A DNA stretch of 33,711 nt, taken from assembly GCF_001194135.2 (NCBI RefSeq), contig NC_068988.1, positions 96,720,657-96,754,367 of the forward strand, in the 5' to 3' direction. Below the pieces are notes generated by a model. It did no database searches, was not told where the DNA came from, and worked only from the letters and a program-made list of their open reading frames with translations. Each line of letters starts with the position of its first letter. The first letter of the stretch is position 1. The stretch comes from Octopus bimaculoides. Its lineage: Eukaryota. Below, piece after piece: positions 1 through 12,206 of this stretch. The translations under genes and the position numbers were made by a program.

Positions 1-107
1 CCTGAGATTGCAGATACTATTTCTGAATCTTTTTGATTCTTTAGATGTGCTGGCCTCCTGATAATTAATCGATATTAATTAATATATGATTAATTACCAG
101 ATTTTAT

Positions 108-139
108 AATTATATATATACATATATATATATATATAG

Positions 140-190
<51 letters not shown>

Positions 191-590
191 TTATCGATCT
201 CTCTATCTGTCTGTCTGTCTGTGTATGTGTGCGCGCGTGCGTGTGTATATGTAACACAGATGTTAGTCAGTTGGACACTATCATTTAAGCGTCGAATTGA
301 ATTCAATGCCAAGCTGTTCGAGATCCCTGCGCTCTGAATTCAAACGTCTGTGTGTGTGTGTGTATTGATGCATGCATGTATGAATGTATGTATTATGTAT
401 GTATGTATTTGCGTATGTATGTATTATGTGTGTGTATGTATGTATGTAGATGGGATATGACGGCAAGAACGGATGTAAATGCTCATGCGTGTTTGCGTGT
501 GTCTATGTATGTATGTATGCGCGTGCGTGCGTGTGTGTGCGTGTGTGCGTGTGTGTGAGCACGTATGTGTGTGTGTGTGTGCGTGTGCGA
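108..590. repeat. Compound microsatellites (TA)n,(TCTA)n,(TCTG)n,(TG)n,(TATG)n
   Basis: Direct reading; interrupted by unique sequence at about 250-348. Confidence 0.95.
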
Positions 591-1227
591 TGTCTGTTTG
601 AGTTAGTCGATGTGTGTAATATCCATTGTTCGCTTGTTTGAAACTTACATAATAGATCGTATCACCAGTTACTAAGAGTGTCGCCATGTAAACCCGACTG
701 AATTACGTGTTCCCTTTTTTTATGCTTTTTACCACTTGTCTTCTTCCCTCTACACGCTCGCCGTTTTATGGAAACACAAATGTGAACATTGTATATATGT
801 GTGTGTGTGCGCGTGTGTGTGTGAATGCGTGTCTGTGTTACATATATATCATATCACACATATATATATCCCATAAAACATATATATATGTATGTATATA
901 TGTATGTATATATGTGTGCATGTGCGTGCGTGTGTGTGTATACATATAGGACACAATGCTTATACATTTATATACCGTCCAACTCGATATCAACGGCAAC
1001 ATGAGTGATGGCGAGAAAAGAAGCTGTTCAGAATCATCATTGTAATTGGATGATCAGAAATGGAAAAGGGTGAGGGGAGAGGAGAAAGGGAGAGAGAGAG
1101 CGATAAAGGGAGGCACAGAGAAAAGGAGGGGAAGAGGAAGAAGAAAGAGTTCTCTGTCATGAATTCGTTTTGTTGGATGGGGATGGGGGGAATTTCAGTA
1201 ACATTTACATCAAGTTGCTGGCTTTTA

Positions 1228-1248
1228 CACACACACACACACACACGC

Positions 1249-1293
<45 letters not shown>

Positions 1294-1327
1294 NNNNNNN
1301 NNNNNNNNNNNNNNNNNNNNNNNNNNN

Positions 1328-1378
<51 letters not shown>

Positions 1379-1510
1379 TATATACATGCATACATTTGTG
1401 TATATGGACGTATATATGTAATATATGTATGTATATATATATATGTGTATGCATGTATATATATATGTATATATATATATGTGTGCGTGTGTGTGTGTAT
1501 TTATGTATAT
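1228..1510. repeat. (CA)n-gap-(TA)n compound microsatellite
   Basis: Direct reading; N gap 1294-1327. Confidence 0.95.
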
Positions 1511-2569
1511 ATTCTTTTGTTCTTTTATTGTATTACATGCTTCAGCCCCAAGGCTGTGGTCATTCTGAACTTTGTAGTGTTTTCATATAATTTTTTCAAG
1601 AAGGCGAATGCCAATATTAAATTTATGATAAGCAATTCTAAAAGGTTCAGAAAGCAACATTTTCAAATAGTTTTCCTTTGTTTCGCTAATGGACCGCAAC
1701 ATCTTCATTTTCTTTGTATTTCTCCCTTTAAAAATGCCATGCATTTTGCCCAGTCGAAATGAAGAAAATATATTTTCTGAGAAAGGTCACAGTTTTATAG
1801 TCAGTGATAAGATAGAAACCACAGTGCTCTTTCAAGCGATAACTGAAGACATTTCTCTTGTCTGCCACCTGCTGTTAATCTTTTAAAGAAGTATCCATGA
1901 TTCAATAGACAATTGTCTTTAAAGGTAAAAGTAAGAGGTTGAAAACCACAACAGACGTATCGTATTTGTAGGCAAAATATTTTATTTGGTTCCCTAAGAT
2001 GTCAACACGCTATACATGTAGCCTCGTATATCACTGCTTCATTCATTATTGGTCTAGGATAACACGGTACGCCCAATTGTGAACCATGTCTTTGATAATA
2101 TAGGTCGGCGATCATACGAAGATTCTACTCGGGCAGCAGAAACAAGCGACGATACCCAGCTTCCCAGAATGCACTTGATTATCACTCGCATTTGCACGAC
2201 TGTGCACCGAGGCTGTGTCGTTCTTATTCGGATTTACATACTCGAACCCACCATGTACAAAGCGGGTGGAGAGGATTAATTTATTACTGAATCTTGAATC
2301 AAATACTCGTGATAAACAGGGATAGATGTAGCTGAGAATCTGAAAATGTTCCTAAAACCAAAGAGAAATTATCTCTCGAATACTTTAAACTACAACACCA
2401 GAGAAATTTCCCTTTTGGTGATTGTTGTTTGAGTTTTACAACTTAATTATTCTGAAACGTTGTTTTGCGGACGAGAACGTGTTTATGCATAAAACATAAA
2501 ACCTTCTCAGTTCCAGCTCGTTGCTTGTCATTCAGGGGATCGATAAATGAAGTTCTGGTCTTGGGTGTT

Positions 2570-2655
2570 GGACTAGTGCGTCAGAGCGTTAGAAGGGATC
2601 TCTTGCCGTGTTTATTCTGGTACTTATTATTCTGAGTTCAAATCCTGTCGTACTC
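2570..2655 (+). mobile_element. Highly diverged SINE head fragment (family-B-like)
   Basis: ...CAGAGCGTTAG...TATTCTGAGTTCAAATCCTGTCG retains the TTCTGAGTTCAAAT B-box segment seen at 27991-28005. Confidence 0.45.
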
Positions 2656-3499
2656 TACTTGAATGCTAAAATGAAACTGTCCTTCGGTTTAACACCTCCA
2701 ACTAGTTGTTCTGTGGCTTTAGTGTTACCCCAACGTTTTTGAAAGCATTAAAACTCTATCGCTGGTTTAAGGATACTCATTTCTCGTTAACCGCGAAAAC
2801 CCTGTAAAAGTTCATGGGTCCTGTCTTTACCCCTTGACAAAGCGATAAAAAATGCGCCCTTCACTTGTTTCCAAAACAGTACAATATGATTTCAGAGATA
2901 TCGGGCTGCTCTTTCTAGCAAACTGAGAGACCCGACTGAAAGACTCCCTCGAATGGTAGTAATGTAATCGCGATTCTTTTAAGAGAACTCGTAAATACAG
3001 TGGCAAATCACCCTTGTACTTTTGGACCAATAAACATTCGCGAACACATCTCATCACACACATATCATGCCAGTCACCAGTGCCACACCTGCAGGAATTG
3101 GATGTTTTATGTTTTATGTGGAAACAAACAAAAATGCCTTGAAACCTTCCTTCCAAAAATCCTGACATTCGATTTTAAAAACATATAAAAACCAAAATTA
3201 ACAAAATAAACCTCGCTGTTAAATTTATTGCGTTAAACAGATATCAATAAAGGAGAATAAAAACAGAACGAATCATGTTCGTGTGTGTATGTGTATATTT
3301 GGGACTGTTTTCGTCTGTCTGTATGTGTGTGTAAACGCATGTGTGGGTGGTGTGTGTACGGAAGAACGTTCTAGTGTATGTGAACGTGTGTTTGTGTATA
3401 CGGTGCGTCTTTGTTGTGTGTGTGTGCGTGTGTGTGTTTCGGGGAAGAGGGCTCCGTGTGTGAATGCAGTATCGTATTTCCTTGATACTTGCTTTATAG

Positions 3500-3514
3500 C
3501 AACAAAATAATGCG
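3500..3514 (+). CDS. Candidate 15-nt microexon (phase 0: QQNNA) of an unidentified host gene
   Basis: atttccttgatacttgctttatag|CAACAAAATAATGCG|gtgagt: pyrimidine tract, AG, consensus donor, length a multiple of 3. Confidence 0.4.
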
Positions 3515-4743
3515 GTGAGTGAGAAAGCTGTTGGGTGGTGAGGGTCACGTTTAGATAGGATGGGAGGAGCGAAGAAGAAGGGGGGGGGAGAACATTGAGT
3601 GTTAACAGAAGGTAACTGGAACCGAACGATTGAAACTTGTTGTTGTTGCTATTTTAACGCTTGTGGTGGCGTTGCTGTTGTTTTGTCTTAAGTCGGACAC
3701 TCGATCGAGTAAATACGTTCCAGATATGACCTTTTCGCCTTTTAGTTCTATTTACGACGCCATTATCTAATGTGTCTTTTCCTTTAAGATATCCGGGTAT
3801 GATTTTGAGATGTATTGGCTTACTCTTTCGAGAAGGTTTGCTCGACCACGTAAACATCTCCCTTCTCGTTAGCTCGAATTACAATCTTTTATTGACATTT
3901 GGCTGGTCACCGTCATGAAGTGGGGTCTCTAACTTTGTCTTAAACAGTTGAATGGAGACGATGAAGAATGATCTGGAGCATAAATATATATATAGCGTTC
4001 GAGATTCACTGACCGAGCAGCTTCAGAATTAAACAAACAAAATGGCCACGAATAAATGAACGCTAAATTTCAGAAATTTCACGAATGACGATGATTTTTT
4101 GTTTTTGTTGTTCTTGTTGTTTAGCCTCAGGTCAGAACTAGTCGACAAGACTTTTGATCAAAGATGCTCCAGTCGTAACCATCATGTCTATTATTCAAAC
4201 ATAGTTTATGTGGGAATACATTATATATTCATATAGGATTTGCTCAACAAGAGCTTCGCTGGTTTCAGGTATCAATCACAAGTTTACTGTATTTATACCA
4301 TTTTATCGGAATGGCCAAGAATTATCCTGCAACACGACGTGAAAGCATCTAGACTTTTGTTTCCTTACTGACACTTATATCTTCCTAAATATCGCTCTTA
4401 AATTAAAATGCACTATCCAGGTCCCTCAGACATCTTAATCACTGAAGTTACCATTCTTAAACGAAATACCTTCTTTGCCAAACTTAGATTTACTAAACTG
4501 TGCACCGACGTCTGGGAACATCTTCATAAAGTTGCACGATTATTTATTCAATCATGTATGTTACTACTCTTTGTTTGGGGCTGGAAATGTATCGATGACG
4601 GCATGGGTTCGTCTACAAGTTCAAGGCTCTGGATAAAGAGGGTGGGAGAGAGATAGAGAGAGAAAGGTAAGGGTACTTCAATCTGTCCATTATATTCTAT
4701 ATTATATCGTCGGGCGTTCTGTACAATCGCTCTTTTCTTATAG

Positions 4744-4749
4744 ACTTCC
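4744..4749 (+). CDS. Candidate 6-nt microexon (ACTTCC)
   Basis: tcgctcttttcttatag|ACTTCC|gtaagt: strong acceptor and perfect donor hexamer 6 nt apart. Confidence 0.38.
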
Positions 4750-5030
4750 GTAAGTTTTACATCTCATTCTTCATTCAGTTCAATGTATATATAATAAATA
4801 TACACATAGATATCTCCCTAAACATACACACCTACACACACACATACAGACATATGTGTGTGTGTGTGTGTGTGTGTGTTTGCGTGTGTTTGCGTGTGTG
4901 TCTGTGCGTATGTGTTGTTATGCTGTCGAAGAGGAAACATTTTGAGGTTTTTCCTATCTAGGATTGTTAACAAAGCAAACCATTCACATTGGCAACCTAC
5001 ACAACGAAAGCCAATGTCTGAATCAACCGT

Positions 5031-5031
<1 letters not shown>

Positions 5032-5069
<38 letters not shown>

Positions 5070-5994
5070 NNNNNNNNNNNNNNNNNNNNNNNNNNNNNNN
5101 NNNNNNNNNNNNNNNNNNNNNNNNNNNNNNNNNNNNNNNNNNNNNNNNNNNNNNNNNNNNNNNNNNNNNNNNNNNNNNNNNNNNNNNNNNNNNNNNNNNN
5201 NNNNNNNNNNNNNNNNNNNNNNNNNNNNNNNNNNNNNNNNNNNNNNNNNNNNNNNNNNNNNNNNNNNNNNNNNNNNNNNNNNNNNNNNNNNNNNNNNNNN
5301 NNNNNNNNNNNNNNNNNNNNNNNNNNNNNNNNNNNNNNNNNNNNNNNNNNNNNNNNNNNNNNNNNNNNNNNNNNNNNNNNNNNNNNNNNNNNNNNNNNNN
5401 NNNNNNNNNNNNNNNNNNNNNNNNNNNNNNNNNNNNNNNNNNNNNNNNNNNNNNNNNNNNNNNNNNNNNNNNNNNNNNNNNNNNNNNNNNNNNNNNNNNN
5501 NNNNNNNNNNNNNNNNNNNNNNNNNNNNNNNNNNNNNNNNNNNNNNNNNNNNNNNNNNNNNNNNNNNNNNNNNNNNNNNNNNNNNNNNNNNNNNNNNNNN
5601 NNNNNNNNNNNNNNNNNNNNNNNNNNNNNNNNNNNNNNNNNNNNNNNNNNNNNNNNNNNNNNNNNNNNNNNNNNNNNNNNNNNNNNNNNNNNNNNNNNNN
5701 NNNNNNNNNNNNNNNNNNNNNNNNNNNNNNNNNNNNNNNNNNNNNNNNNNNNNNNNNNNNNNNNNNNNNNNNNNNNNNNNNNNNNNNNNNNNNNNNNNNN
5801 NNNNNNNNNNNNNNNNNNNNNNNNNNNNNNNNNNNNNNNNNNNNNNNNNNNNNNNNNNNNNNNNNNNNNNNNNNNNNNNNNNNNNNNNNNNNNNNNNNNN
5901 NNNNNNNNNNNNNNNNNNNNNNNNNNNNNNNNNNNNNNNNNNNNNNNNNNNNNNNNNNNNNNNNNNNNNNNNNNNNNNNNNNNNNNNNNNNNNN

Positions 5995-6059
<65 letters not shown>

Positions 6060-6076
6060 TAGATAGATAGATAGAT
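5032..6076. repeat. (TC)n - assembly gap - (TA)n(GA)n(GATA)n
   Basis: Direct reading; N gap about 5070-5994. The long 'ORFs' here are artefacts. Confidence 0.95.
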
Positions 6077-6752
6077 CGAAGAATGAATAGATCTGCAGAG
6101 TGATAGCACGCCATGCAAATGCAAACAAGTAAATAAGAATGTTACGACATGTGACATGCTGCAGCAGTTCCGAATTTAGAAAGACAAGTTGGGAGAAGTA
6201 AACAGGAAGTGACGGTATGGAGTAATTCAAGAAGTATATTGAGATCTCCTTAATGTCTTCGAGTTGTCTTCATTAACGGTCAAGTATGTCCTGCAGACGG
6301 ATGGAGATGAAACCAAACATTCGACGACAGCAACGTGACGGACATGTTTATTTCAAACTGTATTTATGTATCGTCTGAAAATATGAGTAGACTTAGAAAT
6401 ATATATATACGTGAGAATAGACATGCATGTACGCATATATGTATGCATGTATGTATGTATATCTATCTATTTGTCTGTCTGTTTGTTTGTCTGTTTGTCT
6501 GTCTGTTTGTCTGTTTGTCTGTCTGTCTATACGTCTATCAATTTATTTATCTCTCTCTGTCTCTATATATTCTCTCTTAGCCGTAACCTGGTTGGCAAGG
6601 TTGTCTTTCATTGTTTTATACCTTGTGAGAAATTTTTGGTGTTAAATTTTCTTTTTATTCACCTGAAAAAAGCGATTTCTTTCTTTTTCCGCAATGTAAG
6701 ACTTGTGTTCCTCAATAAAGAACAGCTGTAGTGAACCTCAACCCATCTGTGT

Positions 6753-6791
<39 letters not shown>

Positions 6792-7127
6792 AAGGACACA
6801 AGTTTCGTGTGTCACATAGCTAGCTAGAGGCGATGGCTTCTTAGAGCTAATTCACGGCAGCTTTCGTCCTAATTTTGGGACTGCCATGTTGGCTTGGCGA
6901 TAACTATTAATTTCCAGTACCGCTGCCGTAGTCTCCTTTAGAGAGACTTAGAAATATTAATAACTCTCTCTATATATATATATATGTATATGTATATATA
7001 CGAGTGAGTAGACATCCGAAAGAAGGGTACTCAACACATTTACTGAGAGTTATATGTTTAGATCAAAACAGTTCAGACTCCTCGGTACTCTGAGCTTCAA
7101 GCTTCGGCCACTGAGGCTTGAAAAAGA

Positions 7128-7245
7128 GAGATCGATTGAAGAGAGGCAATATTTACTGCTGGACGTTAGCTTGCGAGTGGTCAAGAAAGTCACGCGGTAT
7201 AGCAGTTTGATGTTGGTGTTTCAGCGACAACAATTAGTTGGAAAA
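7128..7245 (+). mobile_element. Possible decayed Tc1-like transposase N-terminal HTH
   Basis: With a frameshift and two stops: RSIEERQ../AGR*LASGQESHAV*QFDVGVSATTISW, loosely like Tc1 starts (EER..AIGRL.AG.S...VAR.F.VS..TIS). Pattern resemblance only; no TIR found. Confidence 0.28.
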
Positions 7246-7620
7246 TACCGCATGGTGAACACACACGCGCGCACACATATACACACATATACACAAACAC
7301 GGACACACACACACATGCATGCACACTTTTATCTCCATGTACAGATGCACACGCACACGCACACGCACACGCACACAAGTGTGCACGTGTACATACATGC
7401 ATACGCACAAGTGCACATGTATATGGGCATAGAGATACATCTAAGCACACACACACAACTAAGAGCATGTATACGATGTGCAGACGCACATGTGCACGTG
7501 TACATATACTCACGTGGTCATGCACAAGGGTTGATGTGCAAGGGGTGAGAGTATGCGGGAAGACAGGCGTGGAGAAGTGTTGGGGATTAAGGATTTGCTG
7601 TACTGTTCATGAGGCTTAAT

Positions 7621-7717
7621 TTGTTACGGTGACCTTGTTACGGTGACCTTGTTACGGTGACCTTNNNNNNNNNNTGTTACGGTGACCTTGTTACGGTGAC
7701 CTTGTTACGGTGACCTT
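7621..7717. repeat. 14-bp minisatellite (TTGTTACGGTGACC)n spanning a 10-N gap
   Basis: Three perfect copies 7621-7662, gap 7665-7674, three more copies to 7715. Confidence 0.97.
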
Positions 7718-8721
7718 GGTGCAGGTGGTGCTAGGGGTGGCTGGTACTAAGGTGGCATAGCCCGGTTGTCGGTGGCCAGTGGCTTGAAATTTACCAGAAG
7801 GCTGGACTTCTGCTGACAGCAATACGATATCTCATATACGCCCAGATATTTGAATAAGAGTTTTGACTGTTATTTCCAGCAGGTAGACATACTTAGTATG
7901 CCCTTTGATTAATTTTAATCCTTCAGCTATTTAATGCTTTTTGGGGGGGGGGGGCCTGCGATTGCCTATATTATTGATCCTGTTAGCACTTTTAAATTGT
8001 TGCACGAGATAATAACAGAGTCAATGGTATCTTCGCAAATTATTTTTTCGTGAATTATTTTTTTCTCGTGAATTATTTGCTCCGTATTGACATACATACA
8101 TACATACATACATACATACATACATACATACATACATACATGTATATATATAGAGAGAGAGAGAGAGAGAAAAAATAAAAAAAGGACGAAAGAAAGAAAG
8201 AAGGAAAGAAAGAGAACAATATCCGTAGGAATTTTTCTGGATACAGACGTGACCGCCATATTCTAAGATGCTGAATCTTGAGGTCTCAAGTTAGTTCTCA
8301 CTTCGTCGGATTTAATTCGGTTGATAAATTATAATCATTCAGAACCTGATGTGAAGGTGACCCAATAACTTAGACTCCTTTCTCACCAACGCAGCGAGTC
8401 GTTAGTTCTTCTTTCTTTGCTTCCAACGCCAGTCTCAGAGACTCGGTACCAAGAGTTATGGGCTCTGCCTTTCCTTCTCTGACTTTGCTATAAAATGAAA
8501 TAAAAAACTGCATAGCTTACATATAAAAGTACGCCAACAGCATTACAGACACAACAGCAGTACATAGAAGGACACAAGGAAAACTGAGTCAAACTGATAG
8601 CAAAGATAAAAAGCCGTATCTGTGTGAGGAGAAGGAGAAAAGAAAGTTGTATAGAGAAGTGAATGGTGAATAGTCAGTTAATGTATTTTCATCTTCGTTT
8701 CCTTTTAATCCTTCCTAACAG

Positions 8722-8760
8722 AGAGACGAAATATGCTTGAGAGCAGAAAACTCCCAATTG
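8722..8760 (+). CDS. Candidate 39-nt exon (phase 0: RDEICLRAENSQL)
   Basis: cgtttccttttaatccttcctaacag|AGAGAC...CAATTG|gtaatt: long pyrimidine tract, CCTAAC branch-like motif, G|GTAAT donor, open in two frames. Confidence 0.38.
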
Positions 8761-8917
8761 GTAATTGTAGAAGCATGGATGGTGGAGTGTCTCCATAAAC
8801 ATTGTGATAGCGGGACAGTGATATCTCTATCTGTAACAATACGAACCAGCGACCAAGCCTCTATCTACTTCCTCGACTGGCACAAATAGCAGCTAAACCG
8901 TTTTCAAATCACGCACT

Positions 8918-9050
8918 GGCATGGGCGTGTGGTTAAGAAGCTTTCTTTGCAGCCAAATGGGTTCAGAGTTCTGTTTCACTATGCTGTACCTTAGGCAAGC
9001 GTTTTCTACTATAGCCTATACTCCTCGGTAGACCAATGGGAAACTACGTG
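8918..9050 (+). mobile_element. Diverged family-A SINE head
   Basis: GTGTGGTTAAGAAGCTTTCTTTGCAGCCAAATGGGTTCAGAGTTC...ACCTTAGGCAAGCGTTTTCTACTATAGCC matches the head consensus seen in the other copies. Confidence 0.7.
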
Positions 9051-9380
9051 GAAATCAGCTGCGCGCGCGCGTGTGCATACATAGTCATATGCATAAAAAG
9101 AATCACATGTATTTTTAAACATGTAAGGAGGTACCCAAAAGAAACCGGAATTTTGCAATATTATTTTATTCCTTTAGTTTTACCTGTTCGCACTTTTATC
9201 GTCTTCAAAGTATTCTCGTTTATATATACGTTTTCTTTAAATTTTGGAATTTATTGCGTTTTTAAATTTTGGAATCTATTTTTTTTCCAGAATTCTATTT
9301 TTGAATCATTTTGGAATCTATCTTGTTTCCTTTATTTTGTTTTTTCCTAGTTAATTTTTGTTTATTTTCAGATCATTAAA

Positions 9381-9600
9381 ATGGAATGTCAAGAAAAACG
9401 AGCATTTTCGACACCCGCTTCTTTTTGCTTTTAATCAAGGTTCTAAGGCCGCAAAAGCTGCTCGCGACATTTGTGCTGTGTATGGATAGGGTGCCATAGC
9501 TGAAAGAACCGCTCGTGATTGGTATGCCAAGTTCAAAAATGGAAATTCTGACCTCAAAGATGCACCTCATTCTGGCCATCCAGTTGAGTTCGATGAAGAG
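9381..9600 (+). mobile_element. Mariner (Tc1/mariner) transposase N-terminal HTH region, pseudogenised; runs into the N gap 9601-10324
   Basis: Manual translation with one early frameshift: MECQ-/KNEHFRHPLLFAFNQGSKAAKAARDICAVYG*GAIAERTARDWYAKFKNGNSDLKDAPHSGHPVEFDEE. This matches the mariner pattern (A..A...I..VYG...I..RT...W...F..G..DL.D.PRSGRP). In-frame TAG at 9487-9489. Confidence 0.92.
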
Positions 9601-10324
9601 NNNNNNNNNNNNNNNNNNNNNNNNNNNNNNNNNNNNNNNNNNNNNNNNNNNNNNNNNNNNNNNNNNNNNNNNNNNNNNNNNNNNNNNNNNNNNNNNNNNN
9701 NNNNNNNNNNNNNNNNNNNNNNNNNNNNNNNNNNNNNNNNNNNNNNNNNNNNNNNNNNNNNNNNNNNNNNNNNNNNNNNNNNNNNNNNNNNNNNNNNNNN
9801 NNNNNNNNNNNNNNNNNNNNNNNNNNNNNNNNNNNNNNNNNNNNNNNNNNNNNNNNNNNNNNNNNNNNNNNNNNNNNNNNNNNNNNNNNNNNNNNNNNNN
9901 NNNNNNNNNNNNNNNNNNNNNNNNNNNNNNNNNNNNNNNNNNNNNNNNNNNNNNNNNNNNNNNNNNNNNNNNNNNNNNNNNNNNNNNNNNNNNNNNNNNN
10001 NNNNNNNNNNNNNNNNNNNNNNNNNNNNNNNNNNNNNNNNNNNNNNNNNNNNNNNNNNNNNNNNNNNNNNNNNNNNNNNNNNNNNNNNNNNNNNNNNNNN
10101 NNNNNNNNNNNNNNNNNNNNNNNNNNNNNNNNNNNNNNNNNNNNNNNNNNNNNNNNNNNNNNNNNNNNNNNNNNNNNNNNNNNNNNNNNNNNNNNNNNNN
10201 NNNNNNNNNNNNNNNNNNNNNNNNNNNNNNNNNNNNNNNNNNNNNNNNNNNNNNNNNNNNNNNNNNNNNNNNNNNNNNNNNNNNNNNNNNNNNNNNNNNN
10301 NNNNNNNNNNNNNNNNNNNNNNNN

Positions 10325-10368
<44 letters not shown>

Positions 10369-11059
10369 ATTATCGAGAGCGATGTCGCCTTGTCGAAAAT
10401 GGAAACTGGCAGAGAATACAAACAATTACATACTTTTGGTTGTAAAAGCAAAAGCGTGAAATTGAAAAATGTCTCGACGGCATTTGCAGGGATGTCTGTT
10501 ACTGGGGGGATTACCAAACACCTGAAGACATGACGCTGCTTCCCAAGGTGAAGAGTGAATCGGTTCTTGTACGCAACAGGAAAATTCACCAAAAATAACT
10601 ACCTGATTAAGTGAAACATATACAGAAATTTGTAGAGAGATTAAAAGAAACTCGTAGAAAAGTTAAAACAGAGTATGTGATGGCTGTAGAAATGGTTCTT
10701 GACTATAGAGAAGCATCAACATTGTGTTTTCTGATTTATGCTCCAAGACATTGATATATGAAAGTCATTTGGTTACACACGCCCAAAAGGTGCGTCGTAG
10801 ACACGAAGCTATCATACAACTGTGATAGAAAGGTTAGCTAACATGGTATCCAACACGGGAATATATATGTTGTTCTACCATGGAAAGTTTACCGATATTA
10901 CCGATTATAAAATGTTGGACAAATAAATTTACGAAACGGCTCCGATGATTGAATTGAAGAATTAAAATGAGTTCTTCTCTGTGTCCCGCAACTTAAAGGT
11001 TCAACGATTAGAGATCAATAAAATTTTATCTGGAACCAATATGATCAGTGAAACCAGTA

Positions 11060-11105
11060 TGGGTGGTGCTCCAGTATGGTCGACGTCTGAAACCACTCAA
11101 AGAAT
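11060..11105 (+). mobile_element. Short family-A SINE tail remnant
   Basis: GGTGGTGCTCCAGTATGGTCG...CTGAAACCACTCAAAGAAT resembles GGCGGTGCTCCAGCATGGCCG...CTGAAACAAGTAAAAGAAT. Confidence 0.5.
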
Positions 11106-11132
11106 GTGTGTATGTATATATACCTACCTTTG

Positions 11133-11210
<78 letters not shown>

Positions 11211-11406
11211 TATACATACGCAAAATTCTTAATAGTGTATATGCCTTTAAGTATATACATTAGAACAAATCTCAGATTAAGCGAAACAAATGCATCTATA
11301 TTTTTACAAGTAGTCGAGGAAATACACTTTCCAAAGGCAACCCTGTGCGTGTGTATATGCGTGGGCAATATAAACACACATACATACACAAACGTATGCA
11401 TTGATG

Positions 11407-11438
<32 letters not shown>

Positions 11439-11922
11439 CATACATATATATGTGTGTATAAATATAAATGATTTTGGTAGTTATATGATATGCTTGATGT
11501 TACGCTCAAGCGCGGTTGTAGAGGCCGACTGAATGGATGCATATTGAGTGTGTCTGGAAGTGATGTGGAAGAACAAGATAACCAGCTTCTAGTTTTGCAA
11601 TTCGGCATTTCTGAAACATCAGTAAGCATGTGTTTTTTTTTAAGCAGAAGTTCTTTATCATTTTTACCAAAGAGCTGCAATTTATTCAAAAGAGGAACTT
11701 TATTCTTGCATGTCATGGCTACAAGTTCCTCCAAATTTCACAGAAATGAGACAGTACCCCAATTTTGTCTTTACCTATTTACAGATATGTAGGCAAACTG
11801 AGGCCTTAGTGTGTTAACAGTCTCGCTACGCCTCTGCCTACTTTTTTTCTTCTCCCTCTAGCAACAGGATAAAAATGTCTGACTTCTCGGTTTATGGACA
11901 GCCAAAGTCCAGCAGTAAACCT

Positions 11923-11991
11923 TGTGTGGCTTAGTGGATAGGGTGTTCGGCTCACGGTCATAAGGTCCTGAGTTCGATACTAGGCAGCGCG
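11923..11991 (+). mobile_element. tRNA-like SINE head fragment (Pol III A/B boxes)
   Basis: TGGCTTAGTGG (A-box, 11927-11937) and GAGTTCGATAC (B-box-like) at tRNA spacing. No pairing acceptor stem, so not a functional tRNA. Confidence 0.55.
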
Positions 11992-12120
11992 GAATACCCT
12001 GTGCGGGTGAAACTCAGAGAAGCAAGAAACTGTTTCAGTCAGAAATAAAAAAATATTATTAATCGCAACCATGGAATCGAGGACTCTTTCTTCCGTCAGT
12101 CAACAGCCAGAATTAAACAA

Positions 12121-12166
<46 letters not shown>

Positions 12167-12172
12167 TAGCAC

Positions 12173-12206
<34 letters not shown>

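Noticed and set aside
281-1762. Many ORFs rich in CV/YI/HT/ER dipeptides (also throughout the window)
   Set aside because: Translations of (TG)n, (TA)n, (CA)n and (GA)n microsatellites.
2896-2955. 60-nt open segments with flanking AG/GT (RYRAALSSKLRDPTERLPRM; also about 32886-32945 SVLAVGIRGIRLTIIDSFHQ and 19612-19633)
   Set aside because: One splice site is weak in each case and the peptides are unrecognised; insufficient support.
4818-6230. Long ORFs (300-470 aa) here and at 9376-10592, 20453-21202 and 27086-27494
   Set aside because: They consist of N gaps and dinucleotide repeats; assembly artefacts.
11045-11792. Overlapping 229-aa (minus) and 100-aa (plus) ORFs
   Set aside because: Half microsatellite; the remainder has no recognisable motif or clear exon boundaries.
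11840-11920. Strong plus-strand acceptor at 11860-11861 followed by MSDFSVYGQPKSS
   Set aside because: Only weak donors follow and the exon lengths are not frame-preserving.
11923-11991. tRNA-like sequence
   Set aside because: A and B boxes are present but no acceptor stem pairs; treated as a SINE head, not a tRNA gene.
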